A DNA stretch of 32,000 nt. Source: Caedimonas varicaedens (GTDB taxonomy: Bacteria > Pseudomonadota > Alphaproteobacteria > Caedimonadales > Caedimonadaceae). This document shows, piece after piece, positions 1 to 8,899 of this stretch. The stretch spans positions 50,204 through 82,203 of the forward strand of contig BBVC01000020.1 in NCBI GenBank assembly GCA_001192655.1, given 5' to 3'. Each line of letters begins with the position of its first letter. Positions within the stretch are counted from its first letter, which is position 1. The notes beneath the pieces were generated by a model, which saw only the letters and a list, made by a program, of their open reading frames with translations, had not been told where the DNA came from and did no database searches. The position numbers and the translations under genes are program-made.

Positions 1-604
1 ACGATGGAAATAAAAATATTACGCCGACAAGGCAAGAGTCTAAGAAGGATCGCTCATGAGGTTGGTATGGCCGTGAATACAGTTCGTAAATATCTCCAAC
101 ATGAAGGCAGACCTTTTTATAAGAAGAGAGAAACGGTTGAGACTAAACTTGATCCATATAAACCTTATTTGCAAGAAAGGGTCAAACAGGCTCGCCCTTT
201 TTGTCTTCCTGCAACGGTTTTGCTACGGGAGATACGCGATCAAGGATATAGGGGTGGCGTGACACAATTAAGGTTATATCTGAATTCTTTAACCCCTGTG
301 GTCTGTGAGGAAGTCGTTAGACGTTGAAACAGAACCAGGCGCACAAATGCAGATGGATTGGATTGAATTTCGAAAAGGGAAAAACCCTCTATCCGCTTTT
401 GTCGCAACCCTTGGTTATAGTCGGGTCAGCTATGTCTGCTTTGTGGAGAATGAGAAATTATCGACATTACTTCAATGCCATGAAGATGCATTTGATTATT
501 TTGGCGGTATCCCCTCTCAAGCCCTTTATGACAATATGAAGACTGTTATTCTGGCAAGAGATGCCTATGGTTTAGGGAAGCATCGCTTTAATTCTGGGAT
601 GTTA
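1..604 (+). mobile_element. IS21-family element, 5' part (window opens ~107 bp inside the element), cut at its istA TA site by an IS630-family insertion
   Basis: Near-identical to 10356-10955 and 11712-12316. It ends at TA 603-604, where the IS630 terminus TAGCTA begins. Confidence 0.9.
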
Positions 605-607
605 TAG
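4..607 (+). pseudogene. istA: istA (IS21-family transposase) N-terminal fragment, frameshifted and truncated
   Basis: ORFs 4-327 and 305-607 together match the first ~200 aa of the ~340-aa IstA reading frame at 28353-29386. One extra base near 322-324 (agacgttgaa versus agatttgaa in the other copies) splits the frame. HTH-like string RRQGKSLRRIAHEVGMAVNTVRKYL. Confidence 0.85.
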
Positions 608-626
608 CTAACAACATATAAAACGG

Positions 627-1452
627 TCATATTTTATTATCCTGAAATAATTGCTCGATAGAACACCTTTTTTTGCGTCTAATTGCTTTTGCTTGTGCCC
701 ATTTATGCTCGATGGGATTAAAGTCTGGAGAATAAGGAGGCAGATACAGCACGATATGCCCTGCCTCAGCAATTGCTTTTTGCATCGCTTTTCCCTTATG
801 AAAGGTGGCATTATCCAAAATAAGGACGCTTTTAGGAGGCAGTTTCGGAAGTAAATCGTCAATGATCCATTGTGTAAACACCTCGGTATTAATCGAGAAG
901 CAGAACAAGCTCACGGTCAATAGCAGACCTTGGAATAAGGCGCCGATGACATTCGTTCGTCCCTTTGCTCCCCAATCATGAATCCCCTCACATCTCTTTC
1001 CTTTTGGAGAATAACCATGAGTGCGTGGCATATGGTGTGCAAATCCAGATTCATCAAGAGAAATGATAGGATGCCCTGCTTCTTCATAAGCTTTCAGCTC
1101 TTGACAAAAAGTAGCACGCTTTTCTGGATCGGCCTTGGGATGTTTGAGCGTTTTTTTTATAGGTCACATTCAAGCGTTTTAAAGCGTGCCATATCCCCAT
1201 AGAGCTCACACCAAGACGTTCTGCTCTCTCGTACTGATAAGCATCAGGATAAAGCTGTATATCTTCTTTAAGGGCATCCATATTAAGCTTAGTGGCTGGT
1301 TTATGACGATGTGTCTGAGGCTCAGGCTTCTTGACCCATCTGACAAGACTGGTCACTCCAACACCAAAGAGATCCGCCGTTTCAGCAAAACTCAAATTTT
1401 TCTTCTTTTTTACAGATAAAACACGAAGTCTAAAATCTAATGAATAGGTCAT
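627..1452 (-). CDS. IS630-family DDE transposase, orfA (HTH, 1084-1452) plus orfB (DD35E, 627 to ~1150); the fusion needs a +1 shift at the A8 tract
   Basis: orfB contains ISLDESGF, ILDNATFHK and PPYSPDFNPIEHKW, and I counted 35 residues from the second D to E. Upstream of the annotated Met, the orfB frame stays open back to the A8 tract (LKHPKADPEKRATFCQELKAYEEAGHP). Confidence 0.8.
1151..1158 (-). promoter_or_regulatory. A8 (T8 on + strand) slippery tract at the IS630 orfA/orfB boundary
   Basis: orfB is in the +1 frame relative to orfA. Removing one A gives the continuous reading TYKKTLKHPKADPEK. The tract is exactly 8 nt in all 8 copies that retain this region. Confidence 0.55.
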
Positions 1453-1552
1453 GGAATAATCCTCTTAAAAATTATCCATAATATAACCATTTTAAAGGTT
1501 TTTAGCTATAGATTTTGAACGTCAACAAAGTTTAGGGGGCAGCGAGGTCGCT

Positions 1553-2389
1553 GTGGCTCTGGGTCTTTCCCCTTGGAAAAGTCCCTATGAGCTTTATATC
1601 GAAAAAACCACCAACGATCCTCTGTCTCTTCAGACTGCAACAACAACCCTTCAAGAATGGGGACATCGCTTGGAAAATATTGTTGCCCTTAAATATCAGA
1701 ATGAAACAGGGTATGCGGTCGTACCAGGATTTAAGTGTCACTACCTTAAATACCCCTTTCTCACCGCCAGCCCTGACCGCCTTGTTTATACCAAAGATGG
1801 ACATGGCAAGGCTCTTAGAGGTTTGGAGATCAAGACAGTGGATGCCTTCTGCCGAGAAAAATGGGGAACTTCGGGAACAACTTGGGACGGGGTAGATATC
1901 AACCAATGTCCCATCCCCTACCATTACTATATCCAAGTGGTCGCTTATATAGCGGTTCTGGGCATGGACACCTGGGACTTGGCTGTTCTGATCGGGGGTA
2001 ACGATTATCGGGTTTATACCTTTATGCGTAATCTTGACGTTGAAGACAAGATTCTCGAAGAAGCCCGCGCTTTTTGGGAAGGCTTCGTGGTTCAAAAGGT
2101 TGCTCCTCCCATCGACTTTATGTCCGAAGGGGTTCAGCGCTTGATTTCTAAACTCAACACCCCTTTGCAAGATGTGGAAACCTTTCTTGACCAGCATTGG
2201 ACAGACAAGGTGAAGCATCTCATGGATACCTCTGAAATGGCAACCCTTGCCACCAAGAAAGTCAAGGAAATGAAAGCCGAGCTTCGTCATTTTATGGGGG
2301 ACGCCTCTATCGCCAAGTTGCAAGGGGGTGGGGCTGTCTGCGTCAAGATCGCACGGGATGGCTCTGCTCGAATGAGTTTTAAAGTGTAA
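1553..2389 (+). CDS. YqaJ-like (lambda Exo-type PD-(D/E)XK) recombination exonuclease, 5'-truncated
   Basis: GGSEVAVALGLSPWKSPYELY N-terminal signature; SPDRL ... GLEIKT matches a D...ExK nuclease motif. The frame is open upstream to the breakpoint at 1517/1518 with no credible native start; the ORF-track start at 1553 is GTG. Confidence 0.75.
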   Translation: MALGLSPWKSPYELYIEKTTNDPLSLQTATTTLQEWGHRLENIVALKYQNETGYAVVPGFKCHYLKYPFLTASPDRLVYTKDGHGKALRGLEIKTVDAFCREKWGTSGTTWDGVDINQCPIPYHYYIQVVAYIAVLGMDTWDLAVLIGGNDYRVYTFMRNLDVEDKILEEARAFWEGFVVQKVAPPIDFMSEGVQRLISKLNTPLQDVETFLDQHWTDKVKHLMDTSEMATLATKKVKEMKAELRHFMGDASIAKLQGGGAVCVKIARDGSARMSFKV

Positions 2390-2421
2390 CGGAAATATAA
2401 AATAGGAAAGGAATAGAAAAA

Positions 2422-2982
2422 ATGACGCAAAATATCGAACAAGCTCTTGAGTCCATCAGCTTGGAAAAGCAAGCGCTGGAACAAAAGCAATCGGCTCTTC
2501 AACAAGAACATTCTGCTCTGGCAGGACAACTCAAGACGTTATCGCTGAGTTATCGTCAACTCTCGAAGGTCTGCGGAAAAGAGCAGAACGGAGAAGTGGG
2601 AATTTATACAGGCATGACTCTTACCGATGCCGTCCAAGATGTTCTCTCAACATGGGACAAGCCGATGACCACTGCCCAGATTGCCCATGCGTTGACTGAA
2701 GGGGGATATCTGTCAACATCAAGTCGGTTTAACAGCATGGTGCATTCTATTATTAAACGCCGAGACGAAACCTTTAAGCGTACGCCTGACGGAAAATGCT
2801 GGATGCTGTGCTCTCAAGTTTTGGAAATAGAAGAAGAAATAGAAGAGACCGACATAGCGGAAATTGATGATACAGAAATTGAGCAACAAGCAACGGAACC
2901 TGACAAGGCAGAAGACGATGAGACCGTTGAAAAGTTAGCTCAAGTGTTTGTCAAAAACAAGACGCTCACACTCTCTCTCTAA
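2422..2982 (+). CDS. Hypothetical protein: N-terminal coiled coil, central winged-helix (HARE-HTH-like) region, acidic tail
   Basis: ATG preceded by aggaaaggaa. The central stretch TLTDAVQDVLSTWDKPMTTAQIAHALTEGGY...FKRTPDGKCWML resembles HARE-type winged-helix domains. The C-terminus is Glu/Asp-rich. Confidence 0.6.
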   Translation: MTQNIEQALESISLEKQALEQKQSALQQEHSALAGQLKTLSLSYRQLSKVCGKEQNGEVGIYTGMTLTDAVQDVLSTWDKPMTTAQIAHALTEGGYLSTSSRFNSMVHSIIKRRDETFKRTPDGKCWMLCSQVLEIEEEIEETDIAEIDDTEIEQQATEPDKAEDDETVEKLAQVFVKNKTLTLSL

Positions 2983-3000
2983 AGAAAAGGATGGTGAATA

Positions 3001-3951
3001 ATGTTACAGAATAAAATACAAGCGATTGCGTCAATGCCTGAAGACAAAACTGTCTTCGGCAATATAGACGAGGTCTTTAAATTGGCTCAGTTTATAGCTA
3101 AAAGCGAATTCTTCCCTGCTTGGAAGAACAAGCCCCATGATGCGGCGGTGGCGATCCTGTTTGGTCAAAGTATTGGTCTTTCTTGGGGGCATAGCCTTCT
3201 CAATATTTCCATGATTAACGGAAGACCTACAGTGTGGGGGGATGCCATGCTGGCGTTGTGTAAAAAGTCCCCTTCGTTTGAAGATATGGACGAAGAGTAT
3301 AACGAAGAAACCAAGACGGCGATCTGCCTTGTCAAAAGAAAAGGATACAAAGAACAAGTCCGTACTTTTTCTTACGAGGACGCTCAACGGGCAGGACTGG
3401 TTAAAAAAGATAACTGGGTTAAGTATCCCAAGCGGATGCTTCAGATGCGCGCCAGAGCTTTTGCTTTACGGGATGTGTTCCCTGATATTCTGCAAGGGTT
3501 AAGTAGCGCTGAAGAAGTGATGGACTATCCTGATTCAGCGAAGCTTAAAGAGGCATCTACTTCTAATGTGGTCTCGTTCCCCATACAGGATAATTCTGTA
3601 ACGGAATTACCGCAGGAATCGCCTCGTGAAGCACCAAAGGCAATCCCTTATCAACGTCCTGAATGGATTGAGGGGGGTCTGCCTGTAACGCCTCGGTTAG
3701 AAAAGAAAGAAACGACTACTGAAGTCAGCGAAGTCAAGCCTGCTTCCCTCTCTCTCCAGCAATTTGAAGAGAATCTGGCAAAGGTCAGCAAGGGAATTTC
3801 TGTTACACCTGTTGTCAAACCCAAGACATCTGTTGATATGATGCGCGAACGCATGGAAGAGCAGAAGCGTCATCAGCAAGTAAAAGGCATGGAAGTTCTG
3901 GCACGATTGAAGCAAATGACAGCTTCTTTTCAATCTCAGGGGCAGGTGTAA
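3001..3951 (+). CDS. RecT/Red-beta (Bet) superfamily single-strand annealing protein
   Basis: NWVKYPKRMLQMRARAFALRDVF parallels the lambda Bet string PWQSHPKRMLRHKAMIQCARLAF as I recall it. It sits next to a YqaJ-type exonuclease. An aaggatgg Shine-Dalgarno lies upstream. Confidence 0.75.
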   Translation: MLQNKIQAIASMPEDKTVFGNIDEVFKLAQFIAKSEFFPAWKNKPHDAAVAILFGQSIGLSWGHSLLNISMINGRPTVWGDAMLALCKKSPSFEDMDEEYNEETKTAICLVKRKGYKEQVRTFSYEDAQRAGLVKKDNWVKYPKRMLQMRARAFALRDVFPDILQGLSSAEEVMDYPDSAKLKEASTSNVVSFPIQDNSVTELPQESPREAPKAIPYQRPEWIEGGLPVTPRLEKKETTTEVSEVKPASLSLQQFEENLAKVSKGISVTPVVKPKTSVDMMRERMEEQKRHQQVKGMEVLARLKQMTASFQSQGQV

Positions 3952-3952
3952 G

Positions 3953-4129
3953 ATGGACGTTTTAATGGTGCCCCGTGCCGAGGTTCGGCAAGTCCTCGTT
4001 GATCTGGAAACCTTCCTTGATCTGGGACTTTGGGGCTATCTCTATCAAGCCATGGCAGAGCTTGAGGAAATATTGGGTGAGGATGCCATCTCGTCAAAAA
4101 AGAACGAAAATCATGACTTTTCGACTTGA
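3953..4129 (+). CDS. Small hypothetical protein (58 aa), below the ORF-track cutoff
   Basis: ATG lies 1 nt after the annealing-protein stop (taa 3949-3951). Translation: MDVLMVPRAEVRQVLVDLETFLDLGLWGYLYQAMAELEEILGEDAISSKKNENHDFST. This composition is more protein-like than the overlapping 3975-4157 ORF. Confidence 0.35.
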   Translation: MDVLMVPRAEVRQVLVDLETFLDLGLWGYLYQAMAELEEILGEDAISSKKNENHDFST

Positions 4130-4232
4130 CGAGGTCTTGCGAGGCATATTAACGTGATAAAAATCAAGGGGGAAGCTCCTACAAAGAAAACTTCCCTCTC
4201 AATCTCGTATCATTCTAATGGAGTAAACATCA

Positions 4233-6806
4233 ATGAATGAATCAATAATGTTTATAAAAGAAAAACTAAGCCAAAAATTTTCATTTGGCAAGCGCTTTGA
4301 TAAAAAATCTGTCAAGCGCCTGATCACACACCTTGTTCTGCTGGCGTTCATCAACCAGAATCTGGCGTTTGCAACCAACGGCATCATCGAACTGGATTTT
4401 GAAGGGTCTGAGAACCCTCAACGACTTCATACTATTATTCCCTCTTCCAAGATTCAGGATGTGAGCTATATAGAAATTGATGCCGAACAGAAACAAGCCA
4501 CCCTTTATAAAAAAGGTGACGGTGAAGAAGTTCACCCGCTTGCGCCTTTTTCTCTTCCATCTGTTGCCGTTTATCAAGGAGATGTTGCTCATAACCTCTG
4601 GGGCTTGGAACAAGAGACGATCAAACTCTTTTTGCAAGCCAGTTCGGCTTGGCTTATCCCTTTAGATGAAGACGGCTATAAGCTGGAATTTAAGGGACGA
4701 CTGTTGGGGGGGATGAAGCAATCAGGAGGCAATCAAAAAAACATGATTTACCCATGTAGTAAAGCTCCAAAAACAGATACTTCCTGCTGGGTGAAAGGAG
4801 GAAATTTCTATGCTCCAGATTCTAGCTGGATTGGAAAAAATCCTGGAAACATCAGTATTATTTCTAATCCAAATTATAGCCAAACAGGTGGTGGCGGTGG
4901 CTCTAAAGGGACAAGGTCTGGAGGCTCTGGATGGCAGGGTATCTTAGGCAGGGGTTGGGCAGAAATAAAAGCGAATGGTGACAAAGCCAGAGATAGAATG
5001 CGCCAACAGCAAGAAAATCTTAAAAAGCTGAGTACTGTTGGTCAATCTGTTGAAATTTATAAACGACCAGAGATTATTATCCCCGAAAGTCCTTTCCCGC
5101 GAGTACAAACCTATCAACCTTCTACCAAAGAACCCTTTCTAACGGGACCATCCTTGGAGGCTCAATACTCAAGACTCAGGGTGCTGTACAATATGGCCGA
5201 TCGTTGGGAATGGTCGGAAATTTACGAGTATGCAAAAGTAATCGGTGTTTCCAGAGAGGAAATTAAAAAATACAATTTAACCCAAAGACATGCAAAGGGT
5301 GCAGGATTTTCTTCAGAGTATTTTAAAGAAGTAACAGAAGAGGAAGAAAGAAATGCGCTGAAAAAGGAGGAGCAGGAGGAAGAGAGAAAAGAAACAATCA
5401 GACAATATGAACAAGAGTCATCTGAGGATGCTGCATCTTTGTTTCATCATGTTCCTTCTCAGTATGAAGTAACTCCTAAATATTTTGCACAATGCGCTTC
5501 TGATGCGGGCATGACACCTTCTCAAGCGCTTAACATTATCCTCAACCCAGACGCTGATAATTTTTATGATCGCGCTAGGCTTGCCTCTAGACAGAAATGG
5601 CTGGGAGGTCCACAGAATACAACGGTGTTTGAACTTGAGGGGATTACCAATGCACAAGCTCATGAATATATTAAGCAAGGTTATCATGAAGGCGACATGC
5701 CTAAGATTTCTAACAATCTCATTTCTCAAAGAGGAGCTTCTTTGTTTGAGGGCGTAACCCATGATTACTTTGTTGCACAAGCTGAAAAAGCAAAAATGAC
5801 GCCTTCTCAGGCGCTTAGAATGATCTTCAATCCTACACCTGACAACTTCTACGATCGGGTTAGGCTTGCATCACAACAGAACTGGCTAGGAGGGAAGAAT
5901 GATACGACAGCGTTTGAGTTTGAAGACCTAACCAATGCACAAGCCTATCAATATATCGTTGATGGCTACAAACCTCATGATTTTCCTACATTGTCTAACA
6001 GGCTTATCTCTCAACGAGGGGCTGCTTTATTTGATGTAGAACCTCAATATTTTAGCAGACAAGCTGAAAAAGCGGGCATGACCTCTATAGAAGCGTTAAA
6101 TATCCTCATGAATCCTGCGCTTGAGAATTTCTATGATCGCGTGATGCTCGTCTCAAGAGATAATTGGTTAGGAGGACCACAGGATGGCACAGCGTTTGAG
6201 CTTGAGGAGTTGACGAATGAAGAGGCTTACCAATATCTCTCTGAAGGCTATAAACCTCATGATTTTCCTACATTATCTCATAGGCTCGTTTCTCAACGCT
6301 TGGGCATTGAGGCAGATCAAACCTTTGACGATCAAGTGCTGGAAGATTGGGGAGTCAATGATTGGCGGGAGAATCCCCGTAATGAACTCGAAGTGCCTCA
6401 ATTTATGCGAGTCGGATTGACGGACTATTTAGCTAAAAAAGCTTTTGAAAAAATAGTACGGACCTTTACCCCTAAAACTCAAGAGCTTTTGAAGGGATTA
6501 CATAGATATAAGAGAGAGCTTTTTGCGAGAGAAAAGATGCCAAAGAGCAAAACAACCCTTAAAGCTGCCGAACAGGAGCTTAAAGGTAAACAAATTCCTT
6601 TAGCTGAACAAAGAGGTAGAATTTATGACCATGTTGAAAAAGTTAAATCTTCTCAAAATGGTCTTGTACGGCTTATAAACGATATTAAAGCTCGTCTTGG
6701 CTATCCTGAGCTTCCTCAAATTGAAAGACAGGCATTAGAAAACCAACTATCTAAAACCAGTAAATTACTTGATCATACGGAAAAATTTGTACCAAGGAGT
6801 AAATGA
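4233..6806 (+). CDS. Large secreted repeat protein (857 aa), candidate toxin or effector; no recognised catalytic domain
   Basis: Signal-like N-terminus KSVKRLITHLVLLAFINQNLAFA, Gly-rich linker GGGGGSKGTRSGGSG, Glu/Lys-rich coil, three ~95-aa repeats, and a distinct Lys-rich helical C-terminal ~170 aa. Confidence 0.8.
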   Translation: MNESIMFIKEKLSQKFSFGKRFDKKSVKRLITHLVLLAFINQNLAFATNGIIELDFEGSENPQRLHTIIPSSKIQDVSYIEIDAEQKQATLYKKGDGEEVHPLAPFSLPSVAVYQGDVAHNLWGLEQETIKLFLQASSAWLIPLDEDGYKLEFKGRLLGGMKQSGGNQKNMIYPCSKAPKTDTSCWVKGGNFYAPDSSWIGKNPGNISIISNPNYSQTGGGGGSKGTRSGGSGWQGILGRGWAEIKANGDKARDRMRQQQENLKKLSTVGQSVEIYKRPEIIIPESPFPRVQTYQPSTKEPFLTGPSLEAQYSRLRVLYNMADRWEWSEIYEYAKVIGVSREEIKKYNLTQRHAKGAGFSSEYFKEVTEEEERNALKKEEQEEERKETIRQYEQESSEDAASLFHHVPSQYEVTPKYFAQCASDAGMTPSQALNIILNPDADNFYDRARLASRQKWLGGPQNTTVFELEGITNAQAHEYIKQGYHEGDMPKISNNLISQRGASLFEGVTHDYFVAQAEKAKMTPSQALRMIFNPTPDNFYDRVRLASQQNWLGGKNDTTAFEFEDLTNAQAYQYIVDGYKPHDFPTLSNRLISQRGAALFDVEPQYFSRQAEKAGMTSIEALNILMNPALENFYDRVMLVSRDNWLGGPQDGTAFELEELTNEEAYQYLSEGYKPHDFPTLSHRLVSQRLGIEADQTFDDQVLEDWGVNDWRENPRNELEVPQFMRVGLTDYLAKKAFEKIVRTFTPKTQELLKGLHRYKRELFAREKMPKSKTTLKAAEQELKGKQIPLAEQRGRIYDHVEKVKSSQNGLVRLINDIKARLGYPELPQIERQALENQLSKTSKLLDHTEKFVPRSK
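5481..6300 (+). repeat. Three tandem intragenic repeats of 285/282/~255-282 bp (95/94/~94 aa) in the 857-aa protein
   Basis: Repeat starts at 5481, 5766 and 6048 (YFAQCASDAGMTPSQAL / YFVAQAEKAKMTPSQAL / YFSRQAEKAGMTSIEAL). Shared pattern: NP..DNFYDRV.LAS..NWLGG...T.FE.E.LTN.QAYQYI..GYKPHDFPTLS.RLISQRGA.LF. Confidence 0.9.
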
Positions 6807-7210
6807 TGAAACTAAAGAGTGTTAAAAAAATCAGAGATGAATGGTGTGATTCTGACGATGAGAATATCTCTAAAGAGTCTTTGGAAATGCTCAAACATCA
6901 TCTGGAAGGAACTGACGTAGATAATTTGTGTGAAGCTATAAGCCTAGTAACAGATGCGCGCATTATGCAATTTGTACCTTTGATGGCAAAGCACTTAACA
7001 AATGAATGGTCTATCGTCAGAGAGTTTACAATTGGTAAATTACTAGGATTACTCAAACTTCCTGAATATGCTGAGATTGGTTTAAAAATGGCACAAGAAG
7101 ATGAGAGTAGTGGAGTGAGGTGTTTGGCGGCGACTCATTTAGGAGATGTTTTAGACAAAACACCAGAAAATTTGCGGCATATAATTGCTTCTTATATGTA
7201 CGATGTATGA
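6803..7210 (+). CDS. HEAT-like repeat protein (135 aa), candidate immunity or partner protein
   Basis: ATG 6803 overlaps the upstream stop TGA 6804-6806, with aaggag at 6794-6799. EDESSGVRCLAATHLGDVL resembles HEAT/PBS-lyase-type repeats. No signal peptide. Confidence 0.65.
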   Translation: MMKLKSVKKIRDEWCDSDDENISKESLEMLKHHLEGTDVDNLCEAISLVTDARIMQFVPLMAKHLTNEWSIVREFTIGKLLGLLKLPEYAEIGLKMAQEDESSGVRCLAATHLGDVLDKTPENLRHIIASYMYDV

Positions 7211-7270
7211 CTACAGATATTATGCAGACGAAGTTAAACAAGTATATTTATCAATCGGTCATGTCAGTCA

Positions 7271-7666
7271 ATGGGTATTTCTATCATTGATAGACCAACA
7301 ACTGTAGGTAATCCGGAATATAAGAAGCATATAATCCTGCTTTGCTTAGTCAATTCAAAGAGAAATATGCCTTATAATCGTAACAAGAAAAGAGCTCACT
7401 CTATGCCCCAGCCCATCCCCCTCAAACAAAACACGATCTGGCTTCGCACATTGTGCGGTCTGATTGACGAGGGAAGTTTTATTACTTCTGTAGACTTACA
7501 ATCTCGCGGAGATACGCTGACGGTATCGCTGGTGGCACGTCAACGGGAGGGCAACAAGGCTGAAACGACTGACACGATGAAACGCCTGAAAAAGTCCTTG
7601 AATCGGTGGCAGGGAAAGGTAGAGAGGAAAGAAGAGGGAGCATTTGTAAGGTTGACAAATTATTGA
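7271..7666 (+). CDS. Hypothetical protein (131 aa; alternative start ATG 7403 gives 87 aa)
   Basis: Open frame only. Composition switches from AT-rich to GC-richer near 7400, so the shorter form MPQPIPLKQNTIWLRTLCGLIDEG... may be the real product or a gene fragment. Confidence 0.4.
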   Translation: MGISIIDRPTTVGNPEYKKHIILLCLVNSKRNMPYNRNKKRAHSMPQPIPLKQNTIWLRTLCGLIDEGSFITSVDLQSRGDTLTVSLVARQREGNKAETTDTMKRLKKSLNRWQGKVERKEEGAFVRLTNY

Positions 7667-7897
7667 TTGGTCATTACAAAATAAAGAATATATTTAAAGA
7701 GAAAGATATGCCCATTCAATAGACTTGTTGCGTAAGTCTAAAAAGACTATCTGAGATTGGCCCAAACCAATGGTTAAAAAATCAGAAAAATGACTTACGT
7801 AGCAGATCTAATTTGAAAAACCATATTTTATAATCTCTTCAAATACTTCGTCAAATACAAACAGGCTATCATCTTCAAGGACATTGCGTTACATAAC

Positions 7898-8899
7898 ATG
7901 AAATCTCTCAATGTAGTTTCATTATTCTCAGGAGCGGGAGGTCTTGATTTAGGCTTTAAAAAAGCGAGCTTTCATACAATATACGCTAATGAATACGATA
8001 AAACTATATGGGCAACGTTTGAGCATAATTTTCCTAATGTAAAACTTGATAAAAGAGATATAAGGAAAATTGAAAGTATTGAAATACCTGATTGTGTTGG
8101 CATTATTGGCGGTCCTCCTTGTCAAAGCTGGAGTGAAGCAGGTTCTTTACGTGGAATTAATGATCCAAGGGGTCAACTATTTTTTGATTATATAAGAATT
8201 ATTAAAGATAAAAAACCTTTATTTTTTCTGGCTGAAAATGTATCAGGAATTTTGCATGATAGAAATAAGAAAGCATTTCAAAGCATTATAAAAAACTTTG
8301 AAGAAATTGGTTATAATGTGCAGTATAGATTACTAAATGCCAAATATTACAATGTGCCACAAGATAGAAAAAGAGTTTTTATAGTTGGCTTTTTGAATGA
8401 TATTAATTTTGAATTTCCTACATTGGATAATAAATTTAAAACTCTTAAAGATACTATATTTGATTTGAAAGATAATGCAAAAAGTTATAATGCAAAAGAG
8501 TTGGATAAGTTTAATCACGAATACTATACTGGAGGATTTTCAACTATTTTTATGTCAAGAAATCGCGTAAGAAGTTGGCATGAACAATCTTTCACAATTC
8601 AAGCAGGAGGTAGACACGCTCCATTGCATCCACAAGCTCCCACAATGGAGTTCATAGAACAAAATAAGAGAGCATTTAACAGAGAAAAAGAGCATTTATA
8701 TAGGAGATTTTCAGTGCGTGAATGCGCTAGAATCCAAACTTTTCCTGATGATTTTCAGTTTATTTATAATAATATTTTAGATGGATATAAAATGATTGGC
8801 AATGCCGTCCCTGTAAATTTAGCTTATGCAATAGCAACTCAAATTTTAAAGTATCTGTCATTAACAATACTACCATTTTACATGCGATTAACAATATAA
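7898..8899 (+). CDS. DNA (cytosine-5)-methyltransferase, M.HaeIII/M.NgoPII-like (probable GGCC specificity)
   Basis: Canonical m5C motifs in order: [10 protein letters not shown] (I), GGPPCQSWS (IV), ENV (VI), QDRKRVF (VIII), GNAVPVNLA (X). Long stretches match my recollection of M.HaeIII ([45 protein letters not shown]). Confidence 0.9.
   Translation: MKSLNVVSLFSGAGGLDLGFKKASFHTIYANEYDKTIWATFEHNFPNVKLDKRDIRKIESIEIPDCVGIIGGPPCQSWSEAGSLRGINDPRGQLFFDYIRIIKDKKPLFFLAENVSGILHDRNKKAFQSIIKNFEEIGYNVQYRLLNAKYYNVPQDRKRVFIVGFLNDINFEFPTLDNKFKTLKDTIFDLKDNAKSYNAKELDKFNHEYYTGGFSTIFMSRNRVRSWHEQSFTIQAGGRHAPLHPQAPTMEFIEQNKRAFNREKEHLYRRFSVRECARIQTFPDDFQFIYNNILDGYKMIGNAVPVNLAYAIATQILKYLSLTILPFYMRLTI

Larger units (their letters stand above)
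605..1508 (-). mobile_element. IS630-family insertion sequence, complete 904-bp copy inserted in istA
   Basis: Imperfect 22-bp terminal inverted repeats (605-626 tagctaacaacatataaaacgg; 1487-1508 ccattttaaaggtttttagcta; 18/22 match). TA is duplicated at 603-604 and 1509-1510, and the uninterrupted target gtTAgattttgcc is visible at 28767-28768 in another IS21 copy. Confidence 0.9.

Noticed and set aside
608-1419. Short ORFs inside IS630 in other frames or on the other strand (608-862, 651-854, 978-1202, 1186-1419, repeated in every copy)
   Set aside because: They overlap the transposase frames that carry the HTH and DD35E motifs. They recur only because the IS recurs.
1532-2323. 263-aa ORF on the minus strand covering the YqaJ-like gene
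   Set aside because: It is antisense to a frame with clear exonuclease motifs, and its translation has no recognisable features. I treat it as a shadow ORF.
3975-4157. 60-aa ORF after the annealing-protein gene
   Set aside because: It has Trp/Arg/Ser-rich odd composition and overlaps the better-placed, translationally coupled 58-aa frame at 3953-4129. Neither is certain.
7722-7742. 7-bp inverted repeat tagactt-N7-aagtcta upstream of the methyltransferase as a possible C-box or operator
   Set aside because: It is short, lies in very AT-rich DNA, and no controller-protein gene is present. It could easily arise by chance.
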